From NCBI GenBank assembly GCA_937625935.1, contig OW569392.1, positions 1-64,000 of the forward strand: 64,000 nucleotides of DNA, given 5' to 3'. Shown here piece by piece: positions 35,674 to 46,300 of this stretch. The notes beneath the pieces are model-generated. The model was not told the origin of the DNA. It searched no databases and was given only the letters and a program-made list of their open reading frames with translations. A program made the translations under genes and the position numbers. The stretch comes from Tetramitus jugosus. Taxonomy: Eukaryota > Protista > Heterolobosea. Within the stretch, counting starts at the first letter, position 1. The number at the start of each line of letters is the position of its first letter.

Positions 35674-37992
35674 CTAGATCTTAACTGGGTAAGAGGAGAA
35701 CTTTTGGCGTTTTCGAGAGGAGACACGTTGGACAGTTGTAGGCGTGCGTATTTGTTCCACGTTTGGTTTCTTCTCTCCTTCTTCTTCCCTGAGTATGTGC
35801 TCAACTTTGTCATAAGCTCGCTTGCCAGTGTATCGCTTGATCATAAAACTTCGACCTTTGTTGATGTCCCTCCAGAATATCTTTACCATTCCGCGTACTG
35901 AAGGATTTGAAAATACTTCGTTTTCCATTGCTTCTTTGATAATGGCAGATGGTTCAGTGTCGAACGCAGATAAAACAACCCTACTTGCGACATCATACTT
36001 TCCATGCACTTTGTGCGATACTTTTTGAACAAACTCTACGGTATAATTGACAGCAGAGAGGACATCGTACACTCGAGAGACAGTGTGAAGCTGACCTGAG
36101 GCTGCTCCTTGTTTGATGAACCCTTGAACTCCTCCAGGTACTGTTATTCCTTCATAGTTGTATCCCAATTGTTCAATCAACATCTTGAATTCATATTCTC
36201 GGTCCATGATTTCGATCAAGCGTTGTGCAGCATCACGGGTTTCGAGAAACAATTTCAGGACATCACGTGTCATTTTAGGCAGTTCATCATCCAATGAATA
36301 CTTTCCATTGCTTCTTTCTTGAACACTTGTTCTCAATTGTTGCCATTTCAATGTCTCTTGGATCAATTGTTGCACATCTCTGGATACCTTTTCCCCAATT
36401 GAATCCAATGTGTGACCCCAAGAGCCATCGATGACTTCACAGTACTTGCGATAAAGCGTGTTCAATTCTGAAGGAGTTGATTTTCTATTCACAACTTCTT
36501 CAAACTTATTGATACAAGTGCGTTTGTATGTCCATGCACTTGAGATAAAAAAGGCATGGATCACCAAGTGAGGATACTTCAGATATGCTTCATCCAATCC
36601 ATAACTAACCGATGATGCAATGACTAAAATTTCATTGACACTTGTCAATTCGTTGTCATTGATAGAGGGGGAAATCATTTGGAGGCCACACTCCACGAGC
36701 TGAGCAGCACTTGTGAGATAATCATTTTGATGATGATCCACAATCATTCCAATATCTTCCTCCAAGTAACCATTGTTCAATAAATATGTCGTCAATAAGC
36801 GCAACCATCGTGTTCGATTCTCCAAAAAAATATTGTACTTCGTTTGACCGTTTGTTCTAACAGCTCTTTTATACTGAGCCAATTTATCCAATCCCTTTTG
36901 ATAATTGCCATTACCCAACATAAAAACAACTTCTGCCCAAAGCACATCATTATGCTTTGAACGCCGATGTACAAAGACGAATGACCCTAACACTGTTTCT
37001 GGCACACCATAAGTGTTTCTCAACATTGGGAGCGAGATGAACTTGTATCGGAGGCAGTAGTCGCAAAATGAAAACAAGCTCCGGCGGAGAGGCACGTACC
37101 CTTGAGTGTCACATATGGAACACTTGGACTCCCCTCTTTCTAACATGCAGCAACCCTCGATGGGTGGAAAATAGCTTTCACAGGCGTCAGTAACTAGCAT
37201 TTCCTTCCCGATTCGTCTGTAGAATTTATGATTGGAAGCACGTTCATCTTTCTCAATTTTGACTAATCGATTCAATTTCTCCATCCAGAATGCACTTCCC
37301 TCCTCAAACACCAATCTGAACCAGTTTTTGCACACTAGACGATTGCTCTTGATGTTTCTCGAGTTCAAAAATGAGAAAATATTGTACATGATCTCGTCAG
37401 GTATCCATTGAGTCTCACCAACGATTGGAGCTCTAGAGCTATACTCTTGATTGTGTTCCTCCTCACCAATTATTGGTACATTAAAGCTGCTCCCTCCATA
37501 TTGTTCATTTTCTGGAGATGATTCATCCGATGATGATGAATTGTCATCAGATGACGACGATTCAGAATCAGAATCACTAGATGATGATGAGTCATCACTT
37601 TCTTCGTCAGATGATGATGAATCATCGTCAGAAGAGTCATCAGAGGATAATTCCTTGTCTCTCTCCACAGTGGAGACTGTGCGTTCGTCGTCCAACATGT
37701 GGTGGGAAATTGGGTTTATTGGTGCCTTGTCCCCGTTCTTTCTCAACTTGGAAATGGAAGCCAATGGCAATTCAAAAAATAATTGGAACGTTGTCACCCC
37801 CTTTGACGCCAAATTTCCTGATTGGAGTTTTTGCCACAGCCAACGAGCGTGGTGTTTCGAAACAATGCATTGATGTGGTTTCAATGTATTCTGTCTCAAA
37901 ATTTCGTAAAGCCTCTTCTTCTTCTTGTTGTTGTAAATGTCGTAGTTGAGGAACTTGAAGTTGGATTGCGATACTTTGGCGCTGTTATCCAT
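35674..37992 (-). CDS. F-box protein with Ser/Asp-rich low-complexity tract
   Basis: IPDEIMYNIFSFLNSRNIKSNRLVCKNWFRL F-box; Cys cluster; 772 aa. Confidence 0.8.
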   Translation of the reverse strand: MDNSAKVSQSNFKFLNYDIYNNKKKKRLYEILRQNTLKPHQCIVSKHHARWLWQKLQSGNLASKGVTTFQLFFELPLASISKLRKNGDKAPINPISHHMLDDERTVSTVERDKELSSDDSSDDDSSSSDEESDDSSSSSDSDSESSSSDDNSSSSDESSPENEQYGGSSFNVPIIGEEEHNQEYSSRAPIVGETQWIPDEIMYNIFSFLNSRNIKSNRLVCKNWFRLVFEEGSAFWMEKLNRLVKIEKDERASNHKFYRRIGKEMLVTDACESYFPPIEGCCMLERGESKCSICDTQGYVPLRRSLFSFCDYCLRYKFISLPMLRNTYGVPETVLGSFVFVHRRSKHNDVLWAEVVFMLGNGNYQKGLDKLAQYKRAVRTNGQTKYNIFLENRTRWLRLLTTYLLNNGYLEEDIGMIVDHHQNDYLTSAAQLVECGLQMISPSINDNELTSVNEILVIASSVSYGLDEAYLKYPHLVIHAFFISSAWTYKRTCINKFEEVVNRKSTPSELNTLYRKYCEVIDGSWGHTLDSIGEKVSRDVQQLIQETLKWQQLRTSVQERSNGKYSLDDELPKMTRDVLKLFLETRDAAQRLIEIMDREYEFKMLIEQLGYNYEGITVPGGVQGFIKQGAASGQLHTVSRVYDVLSAVNYTVEFVQKVSHKVHGKYDVASRVVLSAFDTEPSAIIKEAMENEVFSNPSVRGMVKIFWRDINKGRSFMIKRYTGKRAYDKVEHILREEEGEKKPNVEQIRTPTTVQRVSSRKRQKFSSYPVKI

Positions 37993-38028
37993 TCGTTGTT
38001 CTAGTTCTATAGCTATCTTTGGTTCATC

Positions 38029-38784
38029 CTAGATCAAAGTGACAACCAGTAAGCAAGAATTGGGAAAACAATCTAATCTCGAGTGCCATAAGGTCTCTTT
38101 GAACAGAATCTGATCTCTGGAATCAAAGTGCAACCTGTACACTAAGGTTCTGTATTGATAAAATAGAGTTGATTCTTTCACGTATGTATTAAATAGATAT
38201 AAATCAGAACGATTCACTGAAATATAATTCGAGATTGATGTGATGTATCCATCTGATTTGGAATCAATAGTTGTTAGCGTCATACGACTCCATGTTCGTG
38301 TAGCAAATTCAAATGAGAATAGATTGTGTTGGCAACCGCCTAATACAATGATAGTACTATCTTTGTTCAATACTGAACTATGAGAGTACACATCATAGTT
38401 CTTCTCCTTCAACTTTTCCCACTTTTGACAAAAGACATGGTATCTGACCGTAGGTGACGGTTGACGATTCCGATTACAATATCCTCCAATGAGATACATC
38501 CACTTGTTATCTACAAAATGGGCAGTATGTTGAGTTGTTTTGTAGTGTGGTTTCAACGATGTCAAGAGGTCATTTTTCAGAGCGCGGAGAACTGAAGTGC
38601 TGCCCAAAACTGGCGTAAATCGGTGTGTCTGAAAATCAAACAGGAAAAAATCGGCCGTTGGTTCTTCGGTCTTGTGTCTCTTGCCTCCATAAAAGATGAC
38701 TTGTTGGGAAACAGGGAGACTCATGACTGAGCAGTGCTTGTTCAATGACACTGTTTTGTCATCGCACACAAGAGCACAAATCAT
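38029..38784 (-). CDS. Kelch-repeat protein (probably partial)
   Basis: IFYGG, HTAHFVDNKWMYLIGG, HSSVL..IIVLGG, W..L kelch signatures. Confidence 0.65.
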   Translation of the reverse strand: MICALVCDDKTVSLNKHCSVMSLPVSQQVIFYGGKRHKTEEPTADFFLFDFQTHRFTPVLGSTSVLRALKNDLLTSLKPHYKTTQHTAHFVDNKWMYLIGGYCNRNRQPSPTVRYHVFCQKWEKLKEKNYDVYSHSSVLNKDSTIIVLGGCQHNLFSFEFATRTWSRMTLTTIDSKSDGYITSISNYISVNRSDLYLFNTYVKESTLFYQYRTLVYRLHFDSRDQILFKETLWHSRLDCFPNSCLLVVTLI

Positions 38785-38834
38785 GATATCTTTTTTGCCT
38801 GTTGAGCGGATAATTGTGACAACTTCCCAAAAAG

Positions 38835-38985
38835 CGCAGAAATAGATGCTCCAAAAAGCTGTAAATCACCGTTAAATTAGGTTTTGGAGCTCCAATTTCT
38901 AGTTGAATTTCCTAGCACACCCTCTTCATCTTCGATAGAGTGAGAAACAAGGGAATGTATTCAATTCCTTTCTTCAACAGTTGGA
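38835..38985. repeat. Rearranged fragments of the MITE family (direct match to ~58930-59003, inverted match to ~59030-59092)
   Basis: tgtaaatcaccgttaaat..gctccaattt..agttgaatttcc direct; ttcatcttcgatag..tcaattcctttcttcaacagttgga inverted. Confidence 0.8.
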
Positions 38986-39628
38986 CAGCTTCTTCATCAG
39001 AAGTCTAAAACTCCCGAATAATTTCTAACTGTTTGCCCAGTCGTAAAAACTGAAACATTTAAGTGCACATGTGGTGTCTCCCACACTAGAAATCATTTTG
39101 TCCACGGGACTGTCGTGTACACGCAACACATTGTACTAGAAGAACAGGGAGACAAATGCAAAATAATCAACACTTACTCTACTTCATAATAAGATGTGAG
39201 CGGTCGCAGTATCGCGGCATACCTGGAGCATTTTATTAGCATACCAATCTGCTCAAAACATTTCATCTTTCTCATTTAAACACAAGGCTTTATCACTTTT
39301 GGTGAAAGATATGAAGATTTGCTCTAAGAAGTTCATTTTCTGACTGCCGTACTTGAACCACGCTACTCTTTAGTTACATTCACTAAAGATTTGCTGCAAC
39401 ACTAACTCGGCGAAAAATGCACAAACATAAACATCTTCCGGTTCAGTCAGACCAATAACAAAGTCCGTTCCTGAAACTTTTTGGCCGTCGAAGTCGGTGT
39501 TTTGCGGTATGGCTAAAAAAAAGCGCGAGAATTGCGCAGCAATTCGTTGTATAAATCTGTGATCTGTGTCACAGTTCATCCTCTTCAACACACAACAACA
39601 ACAACACAAAAAACCAATTAACGAAGCA

Positions 39629-40351
39629 ATGACAAAGTTAGCACTAGTAACTGGAGGAAACAAAGGTATTGGATACGAAGTTAGTCTCCTATTGTCTCGT
39701 ACACATGGATTCCATGTCTTGGTAGGAGCAAGAAAGCCACAAGGAGAACAGGCAGCAACTTCTATTAGAGAGCAGGGAGGCTCAGCAGAATTCGTTCAAC
39801 TCGATGTCACTGATGACACTCAAATCGAAACCCTGAGAGATTACATTGCAGACAAGTATGGAAAATTGGATGTACTCATCAACAATGCTGGTATTACCAG
39901 TGGTAATAGTGATCAATCGAAAAATTTGAGAGAAAAGTTCCACAATGTCTTCAACACTAATGTATTTGGACCGGCTGTTCTCATTGAGACTCTATCTGAT
40001 TTATTAACAAAGTCTGAACATCCAAGAATTGTCAATGTCTCTTCAGGATTGGGCTCCTTAACGGCTGGTTCCACTCCAAATTCTGAATTTTATTCCGTTA
40101 AAATTCCAGATTACAATGCGTCCAAGTCTGCGTTGAACGCATTAACTGTAGTATATGCTTATCAATTGGAAAAGAAGGGTATCAAGGTGAATAGTGTTGA
40201 TCCTGGCTTCACTGCCACAGATTTGAATGGTCATCAAGGTTATAGAAAAGTGCAAGATGCTGCCGAGAGTGTAATCACAGCTGTATTAATTGGAGATGAT
40301 GGACCAAGTGGAAAATTCTTTGCCATAGATGGATCTACTCTTCCATGGTAA
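39629..40351 (+). CDS. Short-chain dehydrogenase/reductase (carbonyl-reductase-like)
   Basis: TGGNKGIG, NNAG, NVSS, YNASK, DPGFTATD. Confidence 0.95.
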   Translation: MTKLALVTGGNKGIGYEVSLLLSRTHGFHVLVGARKPQGEQAATSIREQGGSAEFVQLDVTDDTQIETLRDYIADKYGKLDVLINNAGITSGNSDQSKNLREKFHNVFNTNVFGPAVLIETLSDLLTKSEHPRIVNVSSGLGSLTAGSTPNSEFYSVKIPDYNASKSALNALTVVYAYQLEKKGIKVNSVDPGFTATDLNGHQGYRKVQDAAESVITAVLIGDDGPSGKFFAIDGSTLPW

Positions 40352-40509
40352 ACAATAAACTTTTATGTAAAATTGCCAAAGCCCAATTTAAGTTGGTAAC
40401 TTCCAGTTCTCTGATCACAAAGTTTTGTCGATTCTCGAAATCTACACTCCTTCCTTGACAAATCTCTGAATAGTTTGCAGAAGAGTGAATACTTCCTCTT
40501 GATACATTT

Positions 40510-41916
40510 CTATATCTTTGTCGGTTCAAAATAAGCGTGGGGGTTTCCTATGCGCGCAGCTTCCTCATAAAATATGAATGCTTCATTGTATTTTCTCTTG
40601 TTTCGGCATACTAGGGCAGCTGTTTCATACAAGGTGGGATCATTCCATTTTTTCGCAGCCTCAACAAGATATTCAATCTTCTCTTCAAAGGTTTCTTTCT
40701 TATCGGAGTACATGTAGTACAGGAGAACATTCGCATCTGAGTGATTGTCTTTGACTTTCTTGAGTGTTTCGATGGCTTCATCCCTTTTTCCTTCGCATTC
40801 GAGTAATCGAGCATTTGCCTTAAAATTATTAGGGTTAATTTGAAGGGCTTTCAAGTAATATTCTTTGTTCTTATACAATTCACCAAGTGTATAGAATGCC
40901 TCAGTTGTATTTGCTTTTTCAAATGCTTGCTTCGCTTCAGGTCTTCTGAACAAGAGCCACATCAAACAACCTGCTTCGAAGAGATTTTCTGCATCAGTGA
41001 ACTTCACTGAGTTGCAGTCACTATAAAGTTCATCAATGAACTTTTTTATCGCTTGATACTTCTCTGGTATAACGTCGTCATCAGAATCTTCATCCTTATT
41101 ACCCTGGAGCAAGTTAGAAAGATAAGGTTTCATGAAAACGTGCAAATGGTATTGCGCGAGTGGGTTCTTAGCCTTAGCACAGATTTGAACCCTCTCGATA
41201 ATCGATGGTATTTTATAGTACGAGTTGAACCGATCGAGTGTCACTAGTTCTGCAGGCATAAACAATTTACAGACAAGTGCATCGACTTGACTTTGTTTTC
41301 TCCACTTTTTGAATTCGCTTGATAAATTGTTTTCCGGGTCCTGTTGTTTGTCGACTATTGAAAAGTAAATGTCAAAGAACGAACCATTGGTTCGTGTGAA
41401 GTATTGCTGTACTGCCACGACAATGTCATTTTTCAAACTATCATCACCAATGAAACATAAACATCCCACAAGATCGATCATTGTCTGAACATTGTTGCTA
41501 TAGAAGTCTTTCATACTTTGCTTTTCGATAGTTTCATTATAATGAACGTTTATCCAGGGATCCTCGTCATGAGTACGTTTTGAGAGTTGTCTGCACGAAC
41601 TGTTCTTAAACTGTTGAACGACTGCCTGGATCAAATCTTTATCTTGACTGGGTATTTTGGAAGAATCACCAGGAAAATCAACATCTGATATGTCATAGAT
41701 ACAATAATTGGAGCAGAATGGACGCAAAGTCTTCCAAGTACAAAAATGAACAGGTCCATCTTTCCATTTTTCGAAATCACCATCAAATAGAGGAGCACCC
41801 CTAACAACCAAGTGGAAGCATTGAGTGTAAAAACACAACTTCTGAAGTTTGATGGGTGGCAGTGTGGTGTCAGTTTCCAAGATGTACCTGGCTACATCGA
41901 TTACTTCAAAAGCCAT
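40510..41916 (-). CDS. Panacea (DUF4065/GepA/SocA-like) antitoxin domain fused to C-terminal TPR/Sel1-like repeats
   Basis: DVARYIL..IKLQKLCFY..LF..DFEKWKDGPV..LIQAVVQQF..QLSKRTHDEDPW..NETI...MKDFY fits the DUF4065 pattern; AQYHL, AFYTLGELY, YLKALQINPNN and AFIFYEEAARIGN repeats. Confidence 0.85.
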   Translation of the reverse strand: MAFEVIDVARYILETDTTLPPIKLQKLCFYTQCFHLVVRGAPLFDGDFEKWKDGPVHFCTWKTLRPFCSNYCIYDISDVDFPGDSSKIPSQDKDLIQAVVQQFKNSSCRQLSKRTHDEDPWINVHYNETIEKQSMKDFYSNNVQTMIDLVGCLCFIGDDSLKNDIVVAVQQYFTRTNGSFFDIYFSIVDKQQDPENNLSSEFKKWRKQSQVDALVCKLFMPAELVTLDRFNSYYKIPSIIERVQICAKAKNPLAQYHLHVFMKPYLSNLLQGNKDEDSDDDVIPEKYQAIKKFIDELYSDCNSVKFTDAENLFEAGCLMWLLFRRPEAKQAFEKANTTEAFYTLGELYKNKEYYLKALQINPNNFKANARLLECEGKRDEAIETLKKVKDNHSDANVLLYYMYSDKKETFEEKIEYLVEAAKKWNDPTLYETAALVCRNKRKYNEAFIFYEEAARIGNPHAYFEPTKI

Positions 41917-42287
41917 TGTAGCGATTTTTTTCGAAGTTCACAATAATGTTTTTTCGTAAACAAAAAACTGGAGAACGTTACACTACAAATCGTGGTTCTC
42001 AAAAACACATCCCAACCGTTCAAGGCATTGTCAGGATCTGGAAGTTCCAGTCTTGCTGAATGTAATGATCACTCACACATATTTGAGAGTTATGCTTCAA
42101 CTTCAAACACAGGCATATCATTTATTGAAATGTCGCAACTTTGAATAAAACTGGTTTGAATACTGTGCATCACCAGTTGGTGAATTTTGATTGTAATAGT
42201 TCGAGCAGATGAAATTCAGATGGTCTTGTTGCCTCAATGCAAGAACGTCTCCTGTGCCAACACTCACGCTGTGAAACCCGTTTGACC

Positions 42288-43133
42288 TTAGAAATCTGTG
42301 CTTTTAATGACATCTTCCCACGGTTCAATCTGTTTTTTCACCTCGTCGCACTTGTCCAGTACATACGAAAACGCATCGGTACCCAATGGTAATCTGAAGG
42401 GCATCTCTCTTCCCTCTGCGACACCAGTTCCAGTCACTACGTCAACCACTCTTTCTGCCAGTTTTTTAGGATCACCTGGCTGCTTTGCGTGCACAGATTC
42501 AAGATTCACAGCCTTGTAAACTTGATCATAATCAGCAAGTCTATTCTCCGCAGATGACATGTTCTGTGGAGCTAACAGCAAAGTTCTAAAATAACCCGGT
42601 TCAACCAACAATACCTTTATACCGAGATGTGCTACTTCAGACTGCAGAGCTTCAGCAATACCTTCCAAAGCAAACTTTGTACTACAATACAGACCAGCAG
42701 TAGGTGAGCCTCTAAATCCTCCAATTGATCCAATCACCACAATTGTACCACTTTTACGAGCACGCATATGTGGCAATACAGCTCTCGTCGTGTTCAACAA
42801 ACCAAACACATTTGTATCAAATTGCTTAAATGTTTCTTCAGGTGAAACATCTTCAATGGTGCCATGTACGACAAGAGCAGCATTATTGATCAGAACATCA
42901 ATACGTCCATAAACCTTGATGGCTTCTTCCATAATGGTTGTCAGAGCAGGAAGACCACTTGTTACGTCAAGACGCAGAGTGTGAGCTCCTGCGTCGGCCA
43001 AATCTTGAATTTTGCTTAAGTCTCTGGCAGTAGCAATCACCTTGTCACCACGATTAAGGATGGTGCGAACGAATTCTCTACCGAATCCAGAAGAAGTACC
43101 TGTGATTAACCAAACTCTTTGTGTTTCACTCAT
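42288..43133 (-). CDS. Short-chain dehydrogenase/reductase
   Basis: WLITGTSSGFG, NNAA, YCSTK, VEPGYFRT. Confidence 0.95.
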   Translation of the reverse strand: MSETQRVWLITGTSSGFGREFVRTILNRGDKVIATARDLSKIQDLADAGAHTLRLDVTSGLPALTTIMEEAIKVYGRIDVLINNAALVVHGTIEDVSPEETFKQFDTNVFGLLNTTRAVLPHMRARKSGTIVVIGSIGGFRGSPTAGLYCSTKFALEGIAEALQSEVAHLGIKVLLVEPGYFRTLLLAPQNMSSAENRLADYDQVYKAVNLESVHAKQPGDPKKLAERVVDVVTGTGVAEGREMPFRLPLGTDAFSYVLDKCDEVKKQIEPWEDVIKSTDF

Positions 43134-43345
43134 TTTGATCTTGTTTTGTTATGTAAGCTTTCGAATTGATCAACAAAACCTGGTTTTTATCCTGCAGGAG
43201 TTTCAGTAGTAAAAACTGCGATGGTCTCGGACTCCCGGCTAGGTCGGGAAATAGCTCCTGTCAAGGAAAAAAAGTTACCGCAAGCAGTTCCTTACCAACC
43301 AAATGGGAAAGAAGATACAATGAAAGATCATCACGTTCATTTTGA

Positions 43346-46300
43346 TCATTTCTTTTCGCTCCTCTGTTTTAGTGTCTCCAATTCCATTGTTATTTCTTCA
43401 AATGATGGCCTTTTGGTTGTATCTGCATCCCAGCACCGTGCGGCAAGAGAGTAAAACTCTGTCACAACTCGGTGAATATCAGTTTGCGAAATATTCGCCG
43501 TGTTGCTCTGTAAGAAGAAATCTGTGAGTGTTTGAGAGTCATTTGATATCGTATCGAACTGCAGAGGTCTCAATCCTCTCACAATGTCCATTCCAAGTGT
43601 AAATACTGATGAGTATGTATGCTGAGAATAAGGAGGTGCCAATATAAACATTTCATGCATAATAATACCAAAACTATAAACGTCACACTTTTCATCATGT
43701 ACTTGATGGGCCAAGAGTTCAGGAGCACAATACTCTATTGTTCCATACGATCTTCCCTGCGTAAATGAACTATCAGTAATCTTACTCAAACCAAAATCAC
43801 ATATTCTGACATGATAATTCTCACCCAATAAAATATTCTGAGGCTTTAAGTCTCTGTGAACAATTCTAGGACTTCTTCCGTGCAAATAAGCCATTGTATC
43901 TGCGATCTGACATAAAATACTCATTTTCTGATCAAAGGCTTTGAGCAATGGATTTGCCTTGTGAATTACTTTGTCCAAACTTCCATTCACAGCATATTCA
44001 GTGATCAAAAATTTGTCTCCACTATCATTTGAGGAATAACCATACAAGTAGAGAATATTAGGATGGCGTAAACTCTGAAGAATTGCAACTTCTTTGATAA
44101 ATGATTCATCGTCAGATATCTTCATCTTCTTCACTGCTACTAGGTTGCTCTTCCACTCTCCTTTGAAGACAATACCGAATGCTCCTTCCGAAATACGACT
44201 TATCAATTTAACTTCTTTCATACCAATGTAAAAGTCTCCTTTTTCAATACCAGAATAGTTATGTTCGCCCATCTCTTCCAATAAACATGCTCGTAGTTCT
44301 GATTTCATTTGTTCTTCCCTCCTTTTTCTTCGCATTTGTAATCCTACCACGAATATAGTAATAATGAGAGATACACACAAAAACATTCCTAACACGGGTA
44401 GCGTCCATAGAGGTTTCAAGTTCGAGGAGCATGTATCACCATGATATCCATAAGTACAAATACACCTATTGGGACTTTGACACTTTCCATGGGATGAACA
44501 AACATTATTGTCAATGCTTGAATATCCATTGCACATAGGGTATGAACAATTCATCCCAGTATATCCTTCCTTGCATTCACACGTATCTAAATCAACACAT
44601 GCCCCATTCCCTGAACAAACTCTTCTTTTATCCTTGGCTTCTGTACCGTGGCAGTCGAAACGTTCGCAATCCTGACCATAGAATCCTGGTTCGCACTTTA
44701 CTCCAAGGAATCCCATACTATTTAAACCAATGAATAAACTAGTGATGCTTTGTTCGGAATCTACGTTGCTCACACTGACCCACGTTGAATAATTACCTTC
44801 AAAATCCCAATAGCCCAATTCTCCATCGTTGGTCAAAGCTAGCAGATACACATCATTCACAACAAATTGAGACACTACTTTCCCATTATTCAACAGACCA
44901 TTCATACTCACTTGTACAGGAAAATTGTCAACCGATATTGGAGCACCAAAATCAACTAAACCCCAAGAATATATCCGTCCATCACTTGTCAAAACTGTTG
45001 TATGTTCTCTCCCCGCAGTGATATGAGTTATTCTTCTAGCACTCAAATGGTTATTCATTTCAACTTTATGTGGAAGCACGCTGGAATCCTCATTCTTAAG
45101 TAGGCCACAAGTATTGACACCCCAGGCATACAGTGCCCCATCGCTTGTCAACGCTACTGTATGGAAATATGCTGAGGCTACTTGTACAACGGTTTTGTCT
45201 GCCAGATTATCCATAACGACAGAAACAGGAAGTTTTTTGTTCTGTGTAGTTCCATCTCCCAATGTTCCATAATTGTTATATCCCCAAGCATACATCTGGC
45301 CATTATTCGCGATAGCAAAAGCACTCCACCTCCCAGCGAAAACTGCAGTAATTGTTTGATTTCTCAAAAGACCATCCATGAACAAAACAGCCACAGGTTG
45401 ACGTCTGCTTTGGTTGGAACCATCTCCAAGCTCTCCACTTCGATTATTTCCCCAGGAATACAATGTCCCATCGTCTGCTCTTGCAGCAGTAAAGTGGTGT
45501 CCTAAAGTGATTTGTGTAATGATCCATTCTTTCAGAACACCACTTATACCAACACTCACGGGAAATGGTTTTGTGATTGCTGTTCCATCTCCAACTTCTC
45601 CTTTGCTATTCGTACCCCAAGTAACAATGCTTCCATCTTCTGTCAATGTACCGAATTGCTCCGTTTTGAGTTTCTCCCAAACCTCTATTCTTGCTTCAAT
45701 CTTTGTAATCGTCTTACCGCTTAATGCACCACTCATACCAATTGCCGATGCCGTGTTGGATTTAACTTCTTTTCTTCCATTTCCTAATTGTCCATCTTCA
45801 TTCCCACCCCATGAATAACTCTTTCCTTTGCTAGTCAATATCATCGTATGAGCTTCACCAGCCGCAACTTGAGTAATCGAATCGGTCAAAGTACTACTTA
45901 TCTCGAGAAGAACGGGGCGGTAGTAATTATCAGCTGTACTACTATCGAGTTGCCCTCGCTGGTTGTTACCCCAACCATACAACAGGCCATCACTCGTCAA
46001 AGCTAGAGTATGATATCCTCCAGTTTCGATACGCACAACCACTTTTCCAGATAGTTTCTCCATGTCGACTGCAACTGGCACAACGCTATTCTTTGTATCA
46101 CCATTTCCCAGTTGTCCATGCTCCCCCGAACCCCAAGAATATAGCATTGAATCATTCGTTAGCATTACCACATGTTTATATCCAACAGAGATCTGCGTGA
46201 CAATTCTTCCCTGCGAAACATTGCTTAGATCAATAGCAGTAGGACTCCCTGCATCCATGTACTGTTGGCCCACTGTGATGTGACCCCACCAATACACTGT

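Noticed and set aside
39629-43133. Bacterial contamination or prophage around the SDR-Panacea-SDR block
   Set aside because: No operon structure or adjacent toxin gene, and it is contiguous with clearly eukaryotic F-box/kelch and RCC1-kinase genes; read-level confirmation is still advisable
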